A DNA stretch of 64,000 nt from Flaccisagitta enflata (GCA_965153355.1 OZ231126.1:34658001-34722000); one strand, 5' to 3'; positions 1 through 13,314 are shown, counted from the first letter of the stretch. A program made the numbers and translations. Notes: generated from the sequence alone by a model not told the origin.

Positions 1-385
1 CTACCCCCCGTGCCCTAAATCTGCCCTCTTGGGCTCTAAATCTATCCCATAGGCCCTAAATCTACACCCATTAGCCTTAAATCCACCCTAGGCCCAAAAT
101 CTATCCTCTTATGCCATAAATCTACCCATTAGGCCATAAATCTACCCCCTACATCTCAATTCTGCCTTATCAGGCCCAAATCTACCCTCTTATACCTCAA
201 ATTTACCCTCCTGCGCCTTAAATCTATCCTCTAACTCTCTAAATCTACCCCCACAGGCCTTAAATCTACACCCACAAGCTCTAAATCTACCCTTAAGCTC
301 TAAATATATCCTCTTATGCCCTAAATCTACCCCTTAGGTCATAAATGTATCCCTTAAACCTCAATTCTACCAATTAAAACATTAT
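1..385. repeat. Degenerate ~25-bp tandem repeat (core CCCTAAATCTACCC)
   Basis: AAATCTACCC/AAATCTATCC recurs about every 24-26 bp. Confidence 0.85.
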
Positions 386-410
386 ATCTATTCTATCAGA
401 TCTAATTTTT

Positions 411-454
<44 letters not shown>

Positions 455-458
455 TCAG

Positions 459-729
459 GAGCCAAATAATCGTTGATGGCCCACCGTGCACGATTACGGG
501 GATGAGTGTCCTCGTATTATGGACAACGTTATTCGAAAACTTCCATTGTTTCCCCGAATTGCCGGAGCCGGGCGCCATGCAACCAAAGTTGCCAGTGTTT
601 TTTGCCACCATGGCATACTCGAGGGAAACTAAACGCAAGAAGACAAAGAAGACGCGTCAGCGGAAAATCGTCGTGGCAGTTCCTACATCGGATGAAGACG
701 ATGACGGCAACGAGAGCAATGCCGACTAA
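459..729 (+). CDS. Probable terminal exon of an unknown + strand gene (basic then acidic C-terminus)
   Basis: (TTTC)n-AG acceptor-like site at ~458 opens into the frame of ORF 502-729 (..KRKKTKKTRQRK..SDEDDDGNESNAD*). No family recognised; may be viral. Confidence 0.3.
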
Positions 730-805
730 AAGCGTCCGTGCTTAGGGACAGCACAAAACTATCCCATTATATTCTCAAAGGCGCATATGGTTTAATCTCA
801 TTTTC

Positions 806-1011
806 AAACCAGTAACAATTGATTGTGGTTGAGTAATTATAAACTTTGCAATTGTACAGCCGAAATGGTTAAAAATTGGTGGCTTATCTTCTCAGGTCAG
901 AAGGTTTAACTAATTTGAACCCCTCGTTCAGATATGAGTAGAGCCTCATTGATTTTGATTTTATACTTTTTATGTTTTGAATTGCATTGATTCATTGCTG
1001 TCATGGTTTAT
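806..1011 (+). repeat. 206-bp intra-viral repeat, copy 1 (inverted copy at 11697-11902; partial tandem copy at 1117-1272)
   Basis: Manual alignment with the reverse complement of 11697-11902 shows 2 mismatches. Confidence 0.95.
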
Positions 1012-1116
1012 TTCTCATCATTTTCTATTCACACGTTACTCAATTCAAAAGAATAAAAGATGAGTTAAAAGAAATTTTGACAGGACCTCTACATTACTTT
1101 ACTCAGTTTGTTCATC

Positions 1117-1272
1117 TGGCTTATATTCTCAGGTCAGAAGGTTTAACTAATTTGAACTCCTCGTTCAGACATGAGTAGAGCCTCATTGATTTGAATTGTT
1201 TTGAATTGCATCGATTCATTGCTGTCATGGTTTATTTCTCATCATTTTCTATTCACACGTTACTCAATTCAA
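1117..1272 (+). repeat. Partial tandem copy of the 880-1047 segment
   Basis: TGGCTTATATTCTCAGGTCAGAAGG...GTTACTCAATTCAA matches 880-1047 with a short deletion. Confidence 0.9.
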
Positions 1273-1444
1273 TCGTCGCCATTTTTCTCGACACCATTTC
1301 TTTAATCACATTTTTAATGTTCTATCATCACAATTAACATGTTAATGAGGGCATTGTTTATATTTACTCCTCAAAGCGAGATCCAATCTAAATGCATCGT
1401 CGTGCCTTTCACCTAATGAAACAATAAATAGCGTTGATCAATCA

Positions 1445-1450
1445 TTTATT
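1445..1450 (-). terminator. Putative poly(A) signal of the pPolB transcript
   Basis: AATAAA on the minus strand ~36 nt after the pPolB stop. Confidence 0.5.
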
Positions 1451-1485
1451 TTTAATCACATAATAAATAAATCATCCATATTCAA

Positions 1486-3846
1486 TTACATAAACAATGT
1501 CAAATCTTTGCCACTTTTCTCACAAAGATCTTCAATGGATAAATGCTTAAAACTAGAACCTTTGACATAAACAGATTTGTCTAGTGTATTACCCATCACA
1601 AGACTGTTTACTGACTTGAAGATTCCGACATCCGCTACAAATTCAATCACTAATTGATACAGTGCATTATTGTTTATGTAGCTCATACAACACTGGCCAG
1701 GCGAGAAACGCATCCTTTCATCAGCTAAACAGTTTAGATACAATTGTTCATGCAAGTCGCAAAATCCGAGATTCTTGAAAAACCGCTTTTTCCAATCGAC
1801 ATAGTTTCTTAGATATTCAGGACTTGAATCAGTTCGCACCAAAAAACCATCAAACGCAAGTGATACTCGCTTGAATTTGCACAAAGATGTAGATAAATGT
1901 CCAGTTTTAAACTTGACTATAATCCCGTCAGTATTTATCCTTTGAACCGAACACGACTGGTCGCCAAAATATGTTTTTGCACCGGCAACAAAGTTTAGCA
2001 TCACGGCGACTCCAGTTGCGATAACATTCAAATGCATATGTGACAAATTGCAAACCGGCCTATCGTCTCTCATGTGCAATAGCACTTTTGTATCATTTAC
2101 TCTCGTGCAATGACTAAGTGTACTCGGTGAATTTAGATGGGCTAGATCAGATTCGTTGATGAGTAGGCTTTTTTTATGATTTTTTGGATTGAAATTCATA
2201 CATCCAATTTGTCCATTTAGACTTATTTTCAAGATAGATGAGAAAAGTGAACTCCCTTCTTCATTTAGTGCACCCTGTACGGGCCCACGCAAGCGAGAAA
2301 ATGGATTTTCCCGCGCAGTAGCATACTCATATACGTGAAAAATCTTAGTCACTGAAAAGTCTTTGAATGAACCATTGTTAAGCATTTCTCGTAATAAGCA
2401 CGTAGGGATACACTTCTTCTCGACGTCAAATGTCTGACGGGCGTCACCATTTTCATCTTTAAAGAATAGGGGCTTTACCGAGTCTAACAAACTTTGACAT
2501 ACTGGCCCAAAATCACAGGACACTACTGCGTAGCCGTTCAATTTGCCATTCTTTATGCACTCTAAAACTTGCCTCTCTGTCAAATAGGGGAACTTAGAGA
2601 GTGGGAAGGCATTTTCACAAATTTCTGCCATAAGGTTTCCCAGTATCCTGTCCTCATATGGTTTATCAACAGATAGTTTCCACTGCGCGAAAAACTCTCT
2701 TACAGTGCGACTCCAAAATTTCAATATAGTACATTCCCAAATAACAATGACGTTTAGACCAGCCTCTTTCATATTTGCTATCTTTTGTTTTGTTGATTCA
2801 TAAATTTCCCCGTAGGATCGTGTTTTGTGATAAAAGTGCTGTGAGTCAACAGTCTCACCCTCCCTAAATCGCCACAGTCTCGGTCGTACAAAACTGTACT
2901 CCCTTGAGTTATCCGCCACACAAACGTCACATGTCCGTGAATGCCCGGGGTATTCTGCATCTATCACCTTCTTAGGTAAGTGACAGATACCATTGTGTAC
3001 CTTAGTTGCCTCGTCTGGATCTGGGTCTGTATCCGTGTCACTTTTTAACCCATGTATTCCACACCCCTCAATTTCTACCACATAGGCATTACCATCTTTT
3101 GTGAAATACCCATCCACAGGCTTCCCATCAAAAGACAATTCCTTTGAGTGTAGCAAAGAGACAGTTGATGTGCCAAACACAGTTTCAATTAGTTCCAAAA
3201 CAACATTTGAAATAGTTTTCCTCCTTCTCGTTCGTTCTGGCACAAAAATTCCATTTTTCTTATCTTCTCTGTACTCAACTGGAATCCCCACACACAACTT
3301 AGCAGTAGGGTTGCTTAGAATATTGAAGTAAAAACGCTGGAAATCAGATGATATTGCACTCTTGAAGCCACATTGTGGCGCTATTACGTCACTGCCCCCA
3401 AATGACAGCAAACCAAATCGCACATTCTTGTTAAAGGTATCCTTCTGAAAAGCTACAGGCGACGTTATAAACATCCTCTTCTCGGGACCTGTCATGCTAT
3501 TGGCCAAAAGCTGGTGCCCAATTTGACCTACACTCAATCCTGTTATGTTTAAGCCGAAGTAATGTTCAAATTTCTCAATTGCTGTAGCCCACTCCACCAC
3601 GTGACTGTCTCTGGCCACAGGCTCCTTAAATCTTGGTGAAAATTCACCCAAAGACATATATCTCACTGGACTCCCTTTTATCGATATTCCTTGTAACACA
3701 TTCTTTCCAAATCTCACACCAAACGAATCACACTCATAGTCGCCACTCAACGTCGACAAAAAACAGTGCATCACGTCAGTGGGCGTAAATCCATCCTCAC
3801 ATCCCACCTGTATGTAGCATGCAAACGTTGACAAGAATTCTATCAT
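1486..3846 (-). CDS. pPolB: Protein-primed family B DNA polymerase, C-terminal part, with inserted Vsr-like nuclease domain
   Basis: Motif A-like SSDFQRFY, motif B-like LKISLNGQIG, motif C-like INTDGII. PVDGYF..VVEIEGCGIHG..GLNVIVIWEC matches the Vsr-like insertion of Maverick pPolBs. Confidence 0.85.
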   Translation of the reverse strand: MIEFLSTFACYIQVGCEDGFTPTDVMHCFLSTLSGDYECDSFGVRFGKNVLQGISIKGSPVRYMSLGEFSPRFKEPVARDSHVVEWATAIEKFEHYFGLNITGLSVGQIGHQLLANSMTGPEKRMFITSPVAFQKDTFNKNVRFGLLSFGGSDVIAPQCGFKSAISSDFQRFYFNILSNPTAKLCVGIPVEYREDKKNGIFVPERTRRRKTISNVVLELIETVFGTSTVSLLHSKELSFDGKPVDGYFTKDGNAYVVEIEGCGIHGLKSDTDTDPDPDEATKVHNGICHLPKKVIDAEYPGHSRTCDVCVADNSREYSFVRPRLWRFREGETVDSQHFYHKTRSYGEIYESTKQKIANMKEAGLNVIVIWECTILKFWSRTVREFFAQWKLSVDKPYEDRILGNLMAEICENAFPLSKFPYLTERQVLECIKNGKLNGYAVVSCDFGPVCQSLLDSVKPLFFKDENGDARQTFDVEKKCIPTCLLREMLNNGSFKDFSVTKIFHVYEYATARENPFSRLRGPVQGALNEEGSSLFSSILKISLNGQIGCMNFNPKNHKKSLLINESDLAHLNSPSTLSHCTRVNDTKVLLHMRDDRPVCNLSHMHLNVIATGVAVMLNFVAGAKTYFGDQSCSVQRINTDGIIVKFKTGHLSTSLCKFKRVSLAFDGFLVRTDSSPEYLRNYVDWKKRFFKNLGFCDLHEQLYLNCLADERMRFSPGQCCMSYINNNALYQLVIEFVADVGIFKSVNSLVMGNTLDKSVYVKGSSFKHLSIEDLCEKSGKDLTLFM

Positions 3847-5405
3847 CCTTTTTTAACATTTAGCAAATTTTCAACTCTAATCGGATCAGTTTTGGAGGTT
3901 ACTAAGTTGCATTCAGTTTCAACCCTTTTCATCAATGAATAGTTCTGTTTTAATCTCTCACCCAACACAAATAGTGCCGCTTTTGTGCAATTTTCAGCTA
4001 CAATTTTTGTTGCACAACGCAAATCCGGGGCAGTGACACTTTTCACCAAATAGTCGCTGTTCAATAAGCTAAATGACATTTTTACACCAATGCCAGTCCC
4101 GTCTTCTAGTCTATTCATTTGAACATGCATGAATTTTGTGTCGCTTTTTAACAAGTTATCCATGCCAAAGGTCCGTTCAACACCAGTCGATAACGAATAG
4201 TTCCACTTTTGCAAAGTACCCCCTCTGGATCTTATGTGCTTACACTTGTGATTCTTCAATTCATGTGCATATCTATAGCACTTGGAACATGTGTTGCATA
4301 TGTATTTGTGTGCGAACGTGGGTAGATTTGTGACGGACCATATGTGACGGCGGCCGTCCGTAGCCAAAAATATAGTATTTGGTCTTCGTTCTTTAGAGGC
4401 AAACTTCACTCTTAAACAGCGTGCCATTTTCGTGGTATCCTTTAATCCATAGAACCCCACTTGCTTTTTGACCAGTTTTACTTGTTCAACCAAAACTATT
4501 CCCACTTTCAGAAACCTCTCCAGTACACACATGAGTCGAGAATCATATCCTTGATCATTCACCGGGTCGACAAAGTAATCGTTGTTGAAATTTCGCTTGT
4601 ACCATTTTAAAAACTGCACTTTAAGTCTTCTTGCAATTTTCTGATTTGTCCGTTTTCTCACACCATTTCGCAACACTGGCCGGTTTTCAGCGTCCATGGT
4701 AATTACGGCACTAATTGCTCTCCATATGCAATTGTTTCTATCACACATACCAGAGCTGTCACAGTTGTTGTCACTTAGAGACCGCGGTGCGTAGTTTTGT
4801 GAGGCGCCAAAAACGGTGGCCGTGTTTAATGTCAGATAAAAATTAACTGTTACAGGCACCAAAAATCCTTCATACTTATTCTCCAGATTTTCCATTGATC
4901 GTAGAAGCCACCCTTCCACCGAAAACTCAGACACAATGTTGTCGACGAAGTGGTTTAAACTGGAGACACTTTCGATGCTATGCGCACTGTCCAGACAGGC
5001 AAAGTTCCCACGACTTGCCCAAATGAACGTACCGGACGTGTTGAATGGGTCCTTGTCGTCCAAAACTAGCAAAGACATGCTGAAGTTAATATGCACACAA
5101 GTCCTTTGAGCGGCGAACTGTGTCATCAATATTGATTTTAAGAGTCGAAGAAAGTTTGGATGATCTCCGAATTTTGAACACCAGTAATCCACGTTCCCAG
5201 CATATTCCGTCGGTCTCAGATTTGCTATCCTTATTGCAATTTCTGAGCAAAAGCGTCCAGGCGCCGTCACTAAACTAGACTTCACATTGTGGTAATTGTG
5301 CTCCAGAGTCGGACGAATCGTGGCAGAATAGTCACGAGGCAATACAGTTTGCATGTCCTGTTCCTCACGCAAGATTGCATTTATCTCACCCTCAGAGAAA
5401 GTCAT
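3843..5405 (-). CDS. N-terminal part of pPolB (terminal-protein region, zinc finger)
   Basis: Overlaps the downstream ORF by ATGA next to an A6 run. Contains NNCIWRAIS and YICNTCSKCYRYAHELKNHKC, as in Maverick pPolB N-termini. Confidence 0.75.
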   Translation of the reverse strand: MTFSEGEINAILREEQDMQTVLPRDYSATIRPTLEHNYHNVKSSLVTAPGRFCSEIAIRIANLRPTEYAGNVDYWCSKFGDHPNFLRLLKSILMTQFAAQRTCVHINFSMSLLVLDDKDPFNTSGTFIWASRGNFACLDSAHSIESVSSLNHFVDNIVSEFSVEGWLLRSMENLENKYEGFLVPVTVNFYLTLNTATVFGASQNYAPRSLSDNNCDSSGMCDRNNCIWRAISAVITMDAENRPVLRNGVRKRTNQKIARRLKVQFLKWYKRNFNNDYFVDPVNDQGYDSRLMCVLERFLKVGIVLVEQVKLVKKQVGFYGLKDTTKMARCLRVKFASKERRPNTIFLATDGRRHIWSVTNLPTFAHKYICNTCSKCYRYAHELKNHKCKHIRSRGGTLQKWNYSLSTGVERTFGMDNLLKSDTKFMHVQMNRLEDGTGIGVKMSFSLLNSDYLVKSVTAPDLRCATKIVAENCTKAALFVLGERLKQNYSLMKRVETECNLVTSKTDPIRVENLLNVKKG

Positions 5406-5779
5406 TTTCGTGTCAAGCTCATAGGCATTTCATCATAATCAATCTGAAATAAACAACATCAAAATCTATAACATGACATTGAGTAACCAATGCATCACCA
5501 ATGACCAATTTTAATGAGATTTCATATGCAGTCTATTTATACAATTCAGAATAACGAGCAAAATCTATGCAAATCAGTCACTTATTCGTTGATCATGCCA
5601 CAACGCTCCACCGTTGCACCAAAGTCAATTTATTTGTCCAAGGTCACGGGAGTCATGAATGTCACGATGTAGAAATTGTCACTTCTTTATATATGTGATT
5701 CGAATGCGCGATTCGCCTTACGCTTAAGAAAGGCTCTCTCGTCTTCCGTCAGACTCTCCAACCTGGAACACATGTAATT

Positions 5780-6058
5780 TTAATCACATTTCTTCTTCTG
5801 TTGCACTTGCGACACCACTAACCCATCGGATATGACGCACCCGTGACTCGAAATGGGCCTCGGTTTGGGCATAGAGTAGCGATGACGCCGTTTTCTCCGT
5901 CCACCTCTCATCCTCTTCTTTCCATGTCTCCTCCTCCTCCTCCTTCTCTTTCTCCCTTTCTTCCGCCGCCTTCTTCCTCGCTTCCTTACTCCACGCAACT
6001 GTTTCTTGAGACAGGAAACGTATCGACCTTTCGCGTCGCGCTTGACCTTCACCATCAT
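5780..6058 (-). CDS. Arg/Lys-rich protamine-like virion core protein
   Basis: 92 aa with RKRGRRRRKKGRKRRRRRRRHGKKRMRGGRRKRR; lies directly downstream of the MCP. Confidence 0.7.
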   Translation of the reverse strand: MMVKVKRDAKGRYVSCLKKQLRGVRKRGRRRRKKGRKRRRRRRRHGKKRMRGGRRKRRHRYSMPKPRPISSHGCVISDGLVVSQVQQKKKCD

Positions 6059-6154
6059 TAATGATTCACTGCCAAATTAGAAAAAAATGCAACTACACAT
6101 AAACCAACTCAAATCATCAATTTTTATCCAGTAGCAATCAAATTGTACAAATGG

Positions 6155-9340
<3,186 letters not shown>

Positions 9341-9472
9341 CTTTGTTGTATTGTCACAACCTCCACCTTGTCGCCAATCAGATCTTGCCTCTTTTTTTTT
9401 TCCTTACTGCAATATCAAATAACCACGACATTTAATCATGTCAAAGTGTCCATTTCAATGAAAAAAAAAGAA

Positions 9473-10072
9473 TCATTTCACATTAACACTGTAGAGCGAA
9501 TCGTTGAACGAATATTCCTTTGACATCAATTTTTTTTTCAGTAGCAAGCCTAATTTCTTCTGAAAATAACGCGAATTTTCCTGATTATACTCAGAGCAAA
9601 TAAATCGGGTGATGTAACTGCGACTCACTCCATATTTCATTCCAGATGACATGGCCGCATCCAACATCTTCTCGAATTCGGCAGAAGTAACCACATTTCG
9701 CCCGTCATTCCCAGGCTGGATCGTCATCCCGTTCTGCACCTCGATTACGTCTTTAACACGGGACTTGATTTTTTCCACATCAACGCAGACCATCCGCAGC
9801 TGCCCCTCCAAGTACGCAACTCTCTCCTCCATGGTCAAAGTGAGCAGTTGCTCATATCCCATGCTCTCAACCTCTGCACCTCGCACCCCGACGATGCCAT
9901 CAGTACATTCTTCATCCACAGCCGCGGCGCACATGAAATCGTCGTTGTCAATCGCCAAAGTTCCACATTCCAGTGGCGCGTCAGCTTGCGCATCGTCTTC
10001 TGCGCAACCGAAACCATCCTCTCCCAAATTCTTAACTTTTAATCCATCCAACACGTCATTCGAATCCGCCAT
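9473..10072 (-). CDS. Viral protein with acidic N-terminus, coiled coil and C-terminal linker-histone H1/H5-like winged helix
   Basis: FEKMLDAAMSSGMKYGVSRSYITRFICSEY..FQKKLGLLLKKKL parallels the H15 pattern YSEMI.AAI....RGGSSRQSI.KYI..HY....IKLSIRRL. First ATG is at 10072. Confidence 0.6.
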   Translation of the reverse strand: MADSNDVLDGLKVKNLGEDGFGCAEDDAQADAPLECGTLAIDNDDFMCAAAVDEECTDGIVGVRGAEVESMGYEQLLTLTMEERVAYLEGQLRMVCVDVEKIKSRVKDVIEVQNGMTIQPGNDGRNVVTSAEFEKMLDAAMSSGMKYGVSRSYITRFICSEYNQENSRYFQKKLGLLLKKKLMSKEYSFNDSLYSVNVK

Positions 10073-10340
10073 CTTCACTCCCTTTTCCAACGCCAGTCAA
10101 TTTTTAGGTAACGAGTAGCGTCTATTTCAAATCCAAATGACCAAAATCTTCCAAAATTTTAATAGTAATCCAACAATCCTTTTTTTTTCACAACGTCTAT
10201 TTTTGGCAAACTCAATCTGAGAAAAAGGTATTTACATCATATTACGATCTCAATTTACAACAAATACACATATCAATACAATTTTTTTCCAACACTCATC
10301 ACCAAGGATATACAATTCTTTCGGTATTGCAATGTAAACA

Positions 10341-11033
10341 TTACATAAGCGGTTCAGGCCAGCCCTTCTCATCTCCATCAACCCCTTCACCACTTTCATC
10401 TCCTTCATTCCCATCAACAAACAAAGTCTTTCTCACGTCTTTCCAGGCAATTCTCTCCCGTTGGATGCAAAAATCGCATATATCGACGTCCATGTTCATC
10501 CCAACGGGCACGCAGTAGCAGGGGTTACTCATTCTCCATTCCCTCTCCATGCAAACGTCGCAATAATCCGGAAAGTCGCAGGGGCAGGGGTCACGCGACG
10601 GAGTGTCCTGCAAAACAGCAGTGGCGGTCTTCTCTGCCACCATCTTCATTCGCGCTTCTACCACATCCGGCGTCACGGTTGAATTTCTTGGACTGAACGT
10701 CTCCATCCACGCCTTCTTTGCTTCGCTACTCATCATCGGCGTAACGATCAACGCACTCGTCGCCTCCACGGATGCGTCGCCCACCTTACTGCCTCCTTCG
10801 GCGCCGACGCCAAGTGGAATGGAATGGCATGCCAAATCGGGTAGATCGGGTAAGCCGGCGCCAATGATCATTGTCTCAGTTTGTTCTGATTTTCCATCGT
10901 CGTCTATCACCACTCGCAACACCCACTCCTCCAAACCATCTGCATCCCCAAACCAAGCACCACATGACCCAAGTCCAGCTACACCAACTTTGCAGTTGCA
11001 TTTACAACTACAATTGCATTTATTGGCATCCAT
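10341..11033 (-). CDS. Orphan viral protein with two CxC..CxxC motifs
   Basis: 230-aa ATG ORF co-oriented within the cluster. Confidence 0.6.
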   Translation of the reverse strand: MDANKCNCSCKCNCKVGVAGLGSCGAWFGDADGLEEWVLRVVIDDDGKSEQTETMIIGAGLPDLPDLACHSIPLGVGAEGGSKVGDASVEATSALIVTPMMSSEAKKAWMETFSPRNSTVTPDVVEARMKMVAEKTATAVLQDTPSRDPCPCDFPDYCDVCMEREWRMSNPCYCVPVGMNMDVDICDFCIQRERIAWKDVRKTLFVDGNEGDESGEGVDGDEKGWPEPLM

Positions 11034-11249
11034 TTTGATATGTACTATGCGTCATTCACTGTCAATCCAATGATATCTTTCAATCTGCAAATCAACAAAT
11101 CACAGCCACATTTAGCAACACAATTTTGAAGTAATTAACCATTTTCATCAATTATTAATTGCGACTACAAATCACAAAACAAATACTGATTCTGTATGCA
11201 TATTTGTATGTGAGCGTGGTAGATTGTTCCGTCTCTCCTCCAACTCAAT

Positions 11250-11681
11250 TTATGTACGTGGTACAGCGTTCCATCTCTCCCCCATCCATTTTGCCACGAC
11301 TTCCCTTCTTTCCTCACTAACCTTCGCCAGTCTCTCCTGAAAAATCTTCTCCTCCCTCATCATCCTCCTCTCCTCTCTCTCCTCCTCTTTCCGCTCCTCA
11401 TATGCCTCTCTCGCTCGCCACCTACAACTGCGGACACAAAGTTCACACAAATCGTGTATGTGCCTGATCTTGAAACAGCTACAGTTTTCATAGTTGTATC
11501 GCTTCCTCGGCGGTCTCTGATGATCCCCAAACTTGTCGTCAAGCGCCATCTTCTCCTTACTCCACGCCAGCGATGTCGAATAATCCAAAGTCAACTTTTC
11601 TACTTCATTGGCCAACTGCATACCCTCGTCCATTCCATTGTTTTTCTCTGCATATACACAGTCACAAAGCATTTTCTTCAT
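11250..11681 (-). CDS. Orphan viral protein (CxC..CxxC plus charged helix)
   Basis: Co-oriented ORF. The ATG at 11681 follows a TTTCAG acceptor-like site; an upstream in-frame ATG is at 11705. Confidence 0.55.
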   Translation of the reverse strand: MKKMLCDCVYAEKNNGMDEGMQLANEVEKLTLDYSTSLAWSKEKMALDDKFGDHQRPPRKRYNYENCSCFKIRHIHDLCELCVRSCRWRAREAYEERKEEEREERRMMREEKIFQERLAKVSEERREVVAKWMGERWNAVPRT

Positions 11682-11696
11682 TGAATATCTGAAACC

Positions 11697-11902
11697 ATAA
11701 ACCATGACAGCAATGAATCAATGCAATTCAAAACATAAAAAGTATAAAATCAAAATCAATGAGGCTCTACTCATGTCTGAACGAGGGGTTCAAATTAGTT
11801 AAACCTTCTGACCTGAGAAGATAAGCCACCAATTTTTAACCATTTCGGCTGTACAATTGCAAAGTTTATAATTACTCAACCACAATCAATTGTTACAGGT
11901 TT
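11697..11902 (-). repeat. 206-bp intra-viral repeat, inverted copy
   Basis: Reverse complement of 806-1011. Confidence 0.95.
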
Positions 11903-11918
11903 TCTACCATTCAAGTTA

Positions 11919-13064
11919 TCACGCCTGCAACAAATCTTCGCCACTGACACCAACGTTGTTGTTGTCGACGTTGCCGTTGTCACCATTTTCACCACCAGCA
12001 TCGGCGTTGTCGTTGTTAACGCCACCACCATCGCCACCGACGTTGTTGTCGCTAGGGACCAACAGATTCATCGCCATCTCCCATGTTTCCGCCGACATCG
12101 CCACCCACACCTCATTACCATCGTTAACATATGCCAGCGCCTTCTCCATCAATCTGTTACCAATGTCTTTGTCGCCATTCTCACCACCGGTGTCGACGCC
12201 ATCGACGACGTTGTTGCCATCGTCGCCGCTGGCGCCGTTAATGCCGTCGTCGTCATTCTCGCCACTGACGTCGGCGCCGTTGACATCGTTGTTGCCATCT
12301 TCACCACCGGCGTCGTTGACGCCACCGTCGGCATCCGCGCCACCCACGTCGGCGTCATTCACACCGTCGTCGTTGTCGTCGACATCTTCATCGCCGACGT
12401 AAATGGCGTCGTCATTGTTGTCACTGACATCGCCGACATAGTCGCCATCATCGTCGACATCATCGTCGTTGCCGTTGTCGCTATTGCCTACACCACCAAT
12501 CGCACCACTACCACAGACCTTCACCGACCTCCACTTCTCGAAAAGCCTCTGGCATTTCCGCTTTTCGCGTTGCCAGTCATCCATGTGCGCATGCCACTGC
12601 TGATCAATCCTCCTCCTTTTGAACCTTTCAGGTTCATCGCTCTCGTTCATCACCTGGCCCTCTACTTCAAACTCCGCCGACTTCAACTCCCACTCCTTGT
12701 CAATCCTCCTCTTCCTGCCCGCAACACGGACGCACTCGCTGTAAACCTTCGAACCAACCGCCATCACCCCCTTCACGTACGCCGCCATCTTCGCCAATGA
12801 GTACGACGTCCCCTCGGGCGCCGCAACACCAGATGCATTCGGGTCCTCCAATGACGATAACGGAGCACGCGTCAAGGCAACCGAGTTTTCAGAGTCTTTC
12901 CTCTCATATCTCCACACGGCGCCACCATAATCATCCAATGCGATTTTCGGTGGCTTTCTGCGATCCTCGCCTTCCTTGCCGTCGGCGCCATCCTTCAACG
13001 GTACGCATATCAGCCTGTAATGTTCTAAACAGTTGTTGTTCAGCCCATTTATGAAAGCCTCCAC
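11919..13064 (-). CDS. Orphan viral protein with duplicated KRRID.W motif and D/N/G-rich tail
   Basis: 381-aa ORF with RKRRIDKEW and KRRRIDQQW; TATA-like TATATAAATA upstream at ~13242-13251. Confidence 0.65.
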   Translation of the reverse strand: MEAFINGLNNNCLEHYRLICVPLKDGADGKEGEDRRKPPKIALDDYGGAVWRYERKDSENSVALTRAPLSSLEDPNASGVAAPEGTSYSLAKMAAYVKGVMAVGSKVYSECVRVAGRKRRIDKEWELKSAEFEVEGQVMNESDEPERFKRRRIDQQWHAHMDDWQREKRKCQRLFEKWRSVKVCGSGAIGGVGNSDNGNDDDVDDDGDYVGDVSDNNDDAIYVGDEDVDDNDDGVNDADVGGADADGGVNDAGGEDGNNDVNGADVSGENDDDGINGASGDDGNNVVDGVDTGGENGDKDIGNRLMEKALAYVNDGNEVWVAMSAETWEMAMNLLVPSDNNVGGDGGGVNNDNADAGGENGDNGNVDNNNVGVSGEDLLQA

Positions 13065-13314
13065 TTCGTCGATCCGGGCGGTTCATGACTCTTCCCGGGG
13101 TATTTCCCTCTTGCCCACGCTTCTAGCAGCACACAAAACCAGAAATTTTTTTTGCACATTGACGCGTGCACGTGAGTGGTAGGCAAACCGGCAAACATTT
13201 TCTTGTATTGATGGGTAAACCTGTAAACATGATATATACAATATTTATATACATTCACAAATGACGTGACTTACAAATTCAATCAATGCATCATCGACTC
13301 TTTACATCAAATTA

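Noticed and set aside
3843-3856. Programmed -1 ribosomal frameshift in pPolB
   Set aside because: The A-run is not phased as an X XXY YYZ slippery heptamer in the upstream frame.
11760-11830. Hammerhead ribozyme in the repeated element
   Set aside because: CTGAACGA is not the CUGANGA core and there is no correctly placed GAAA.
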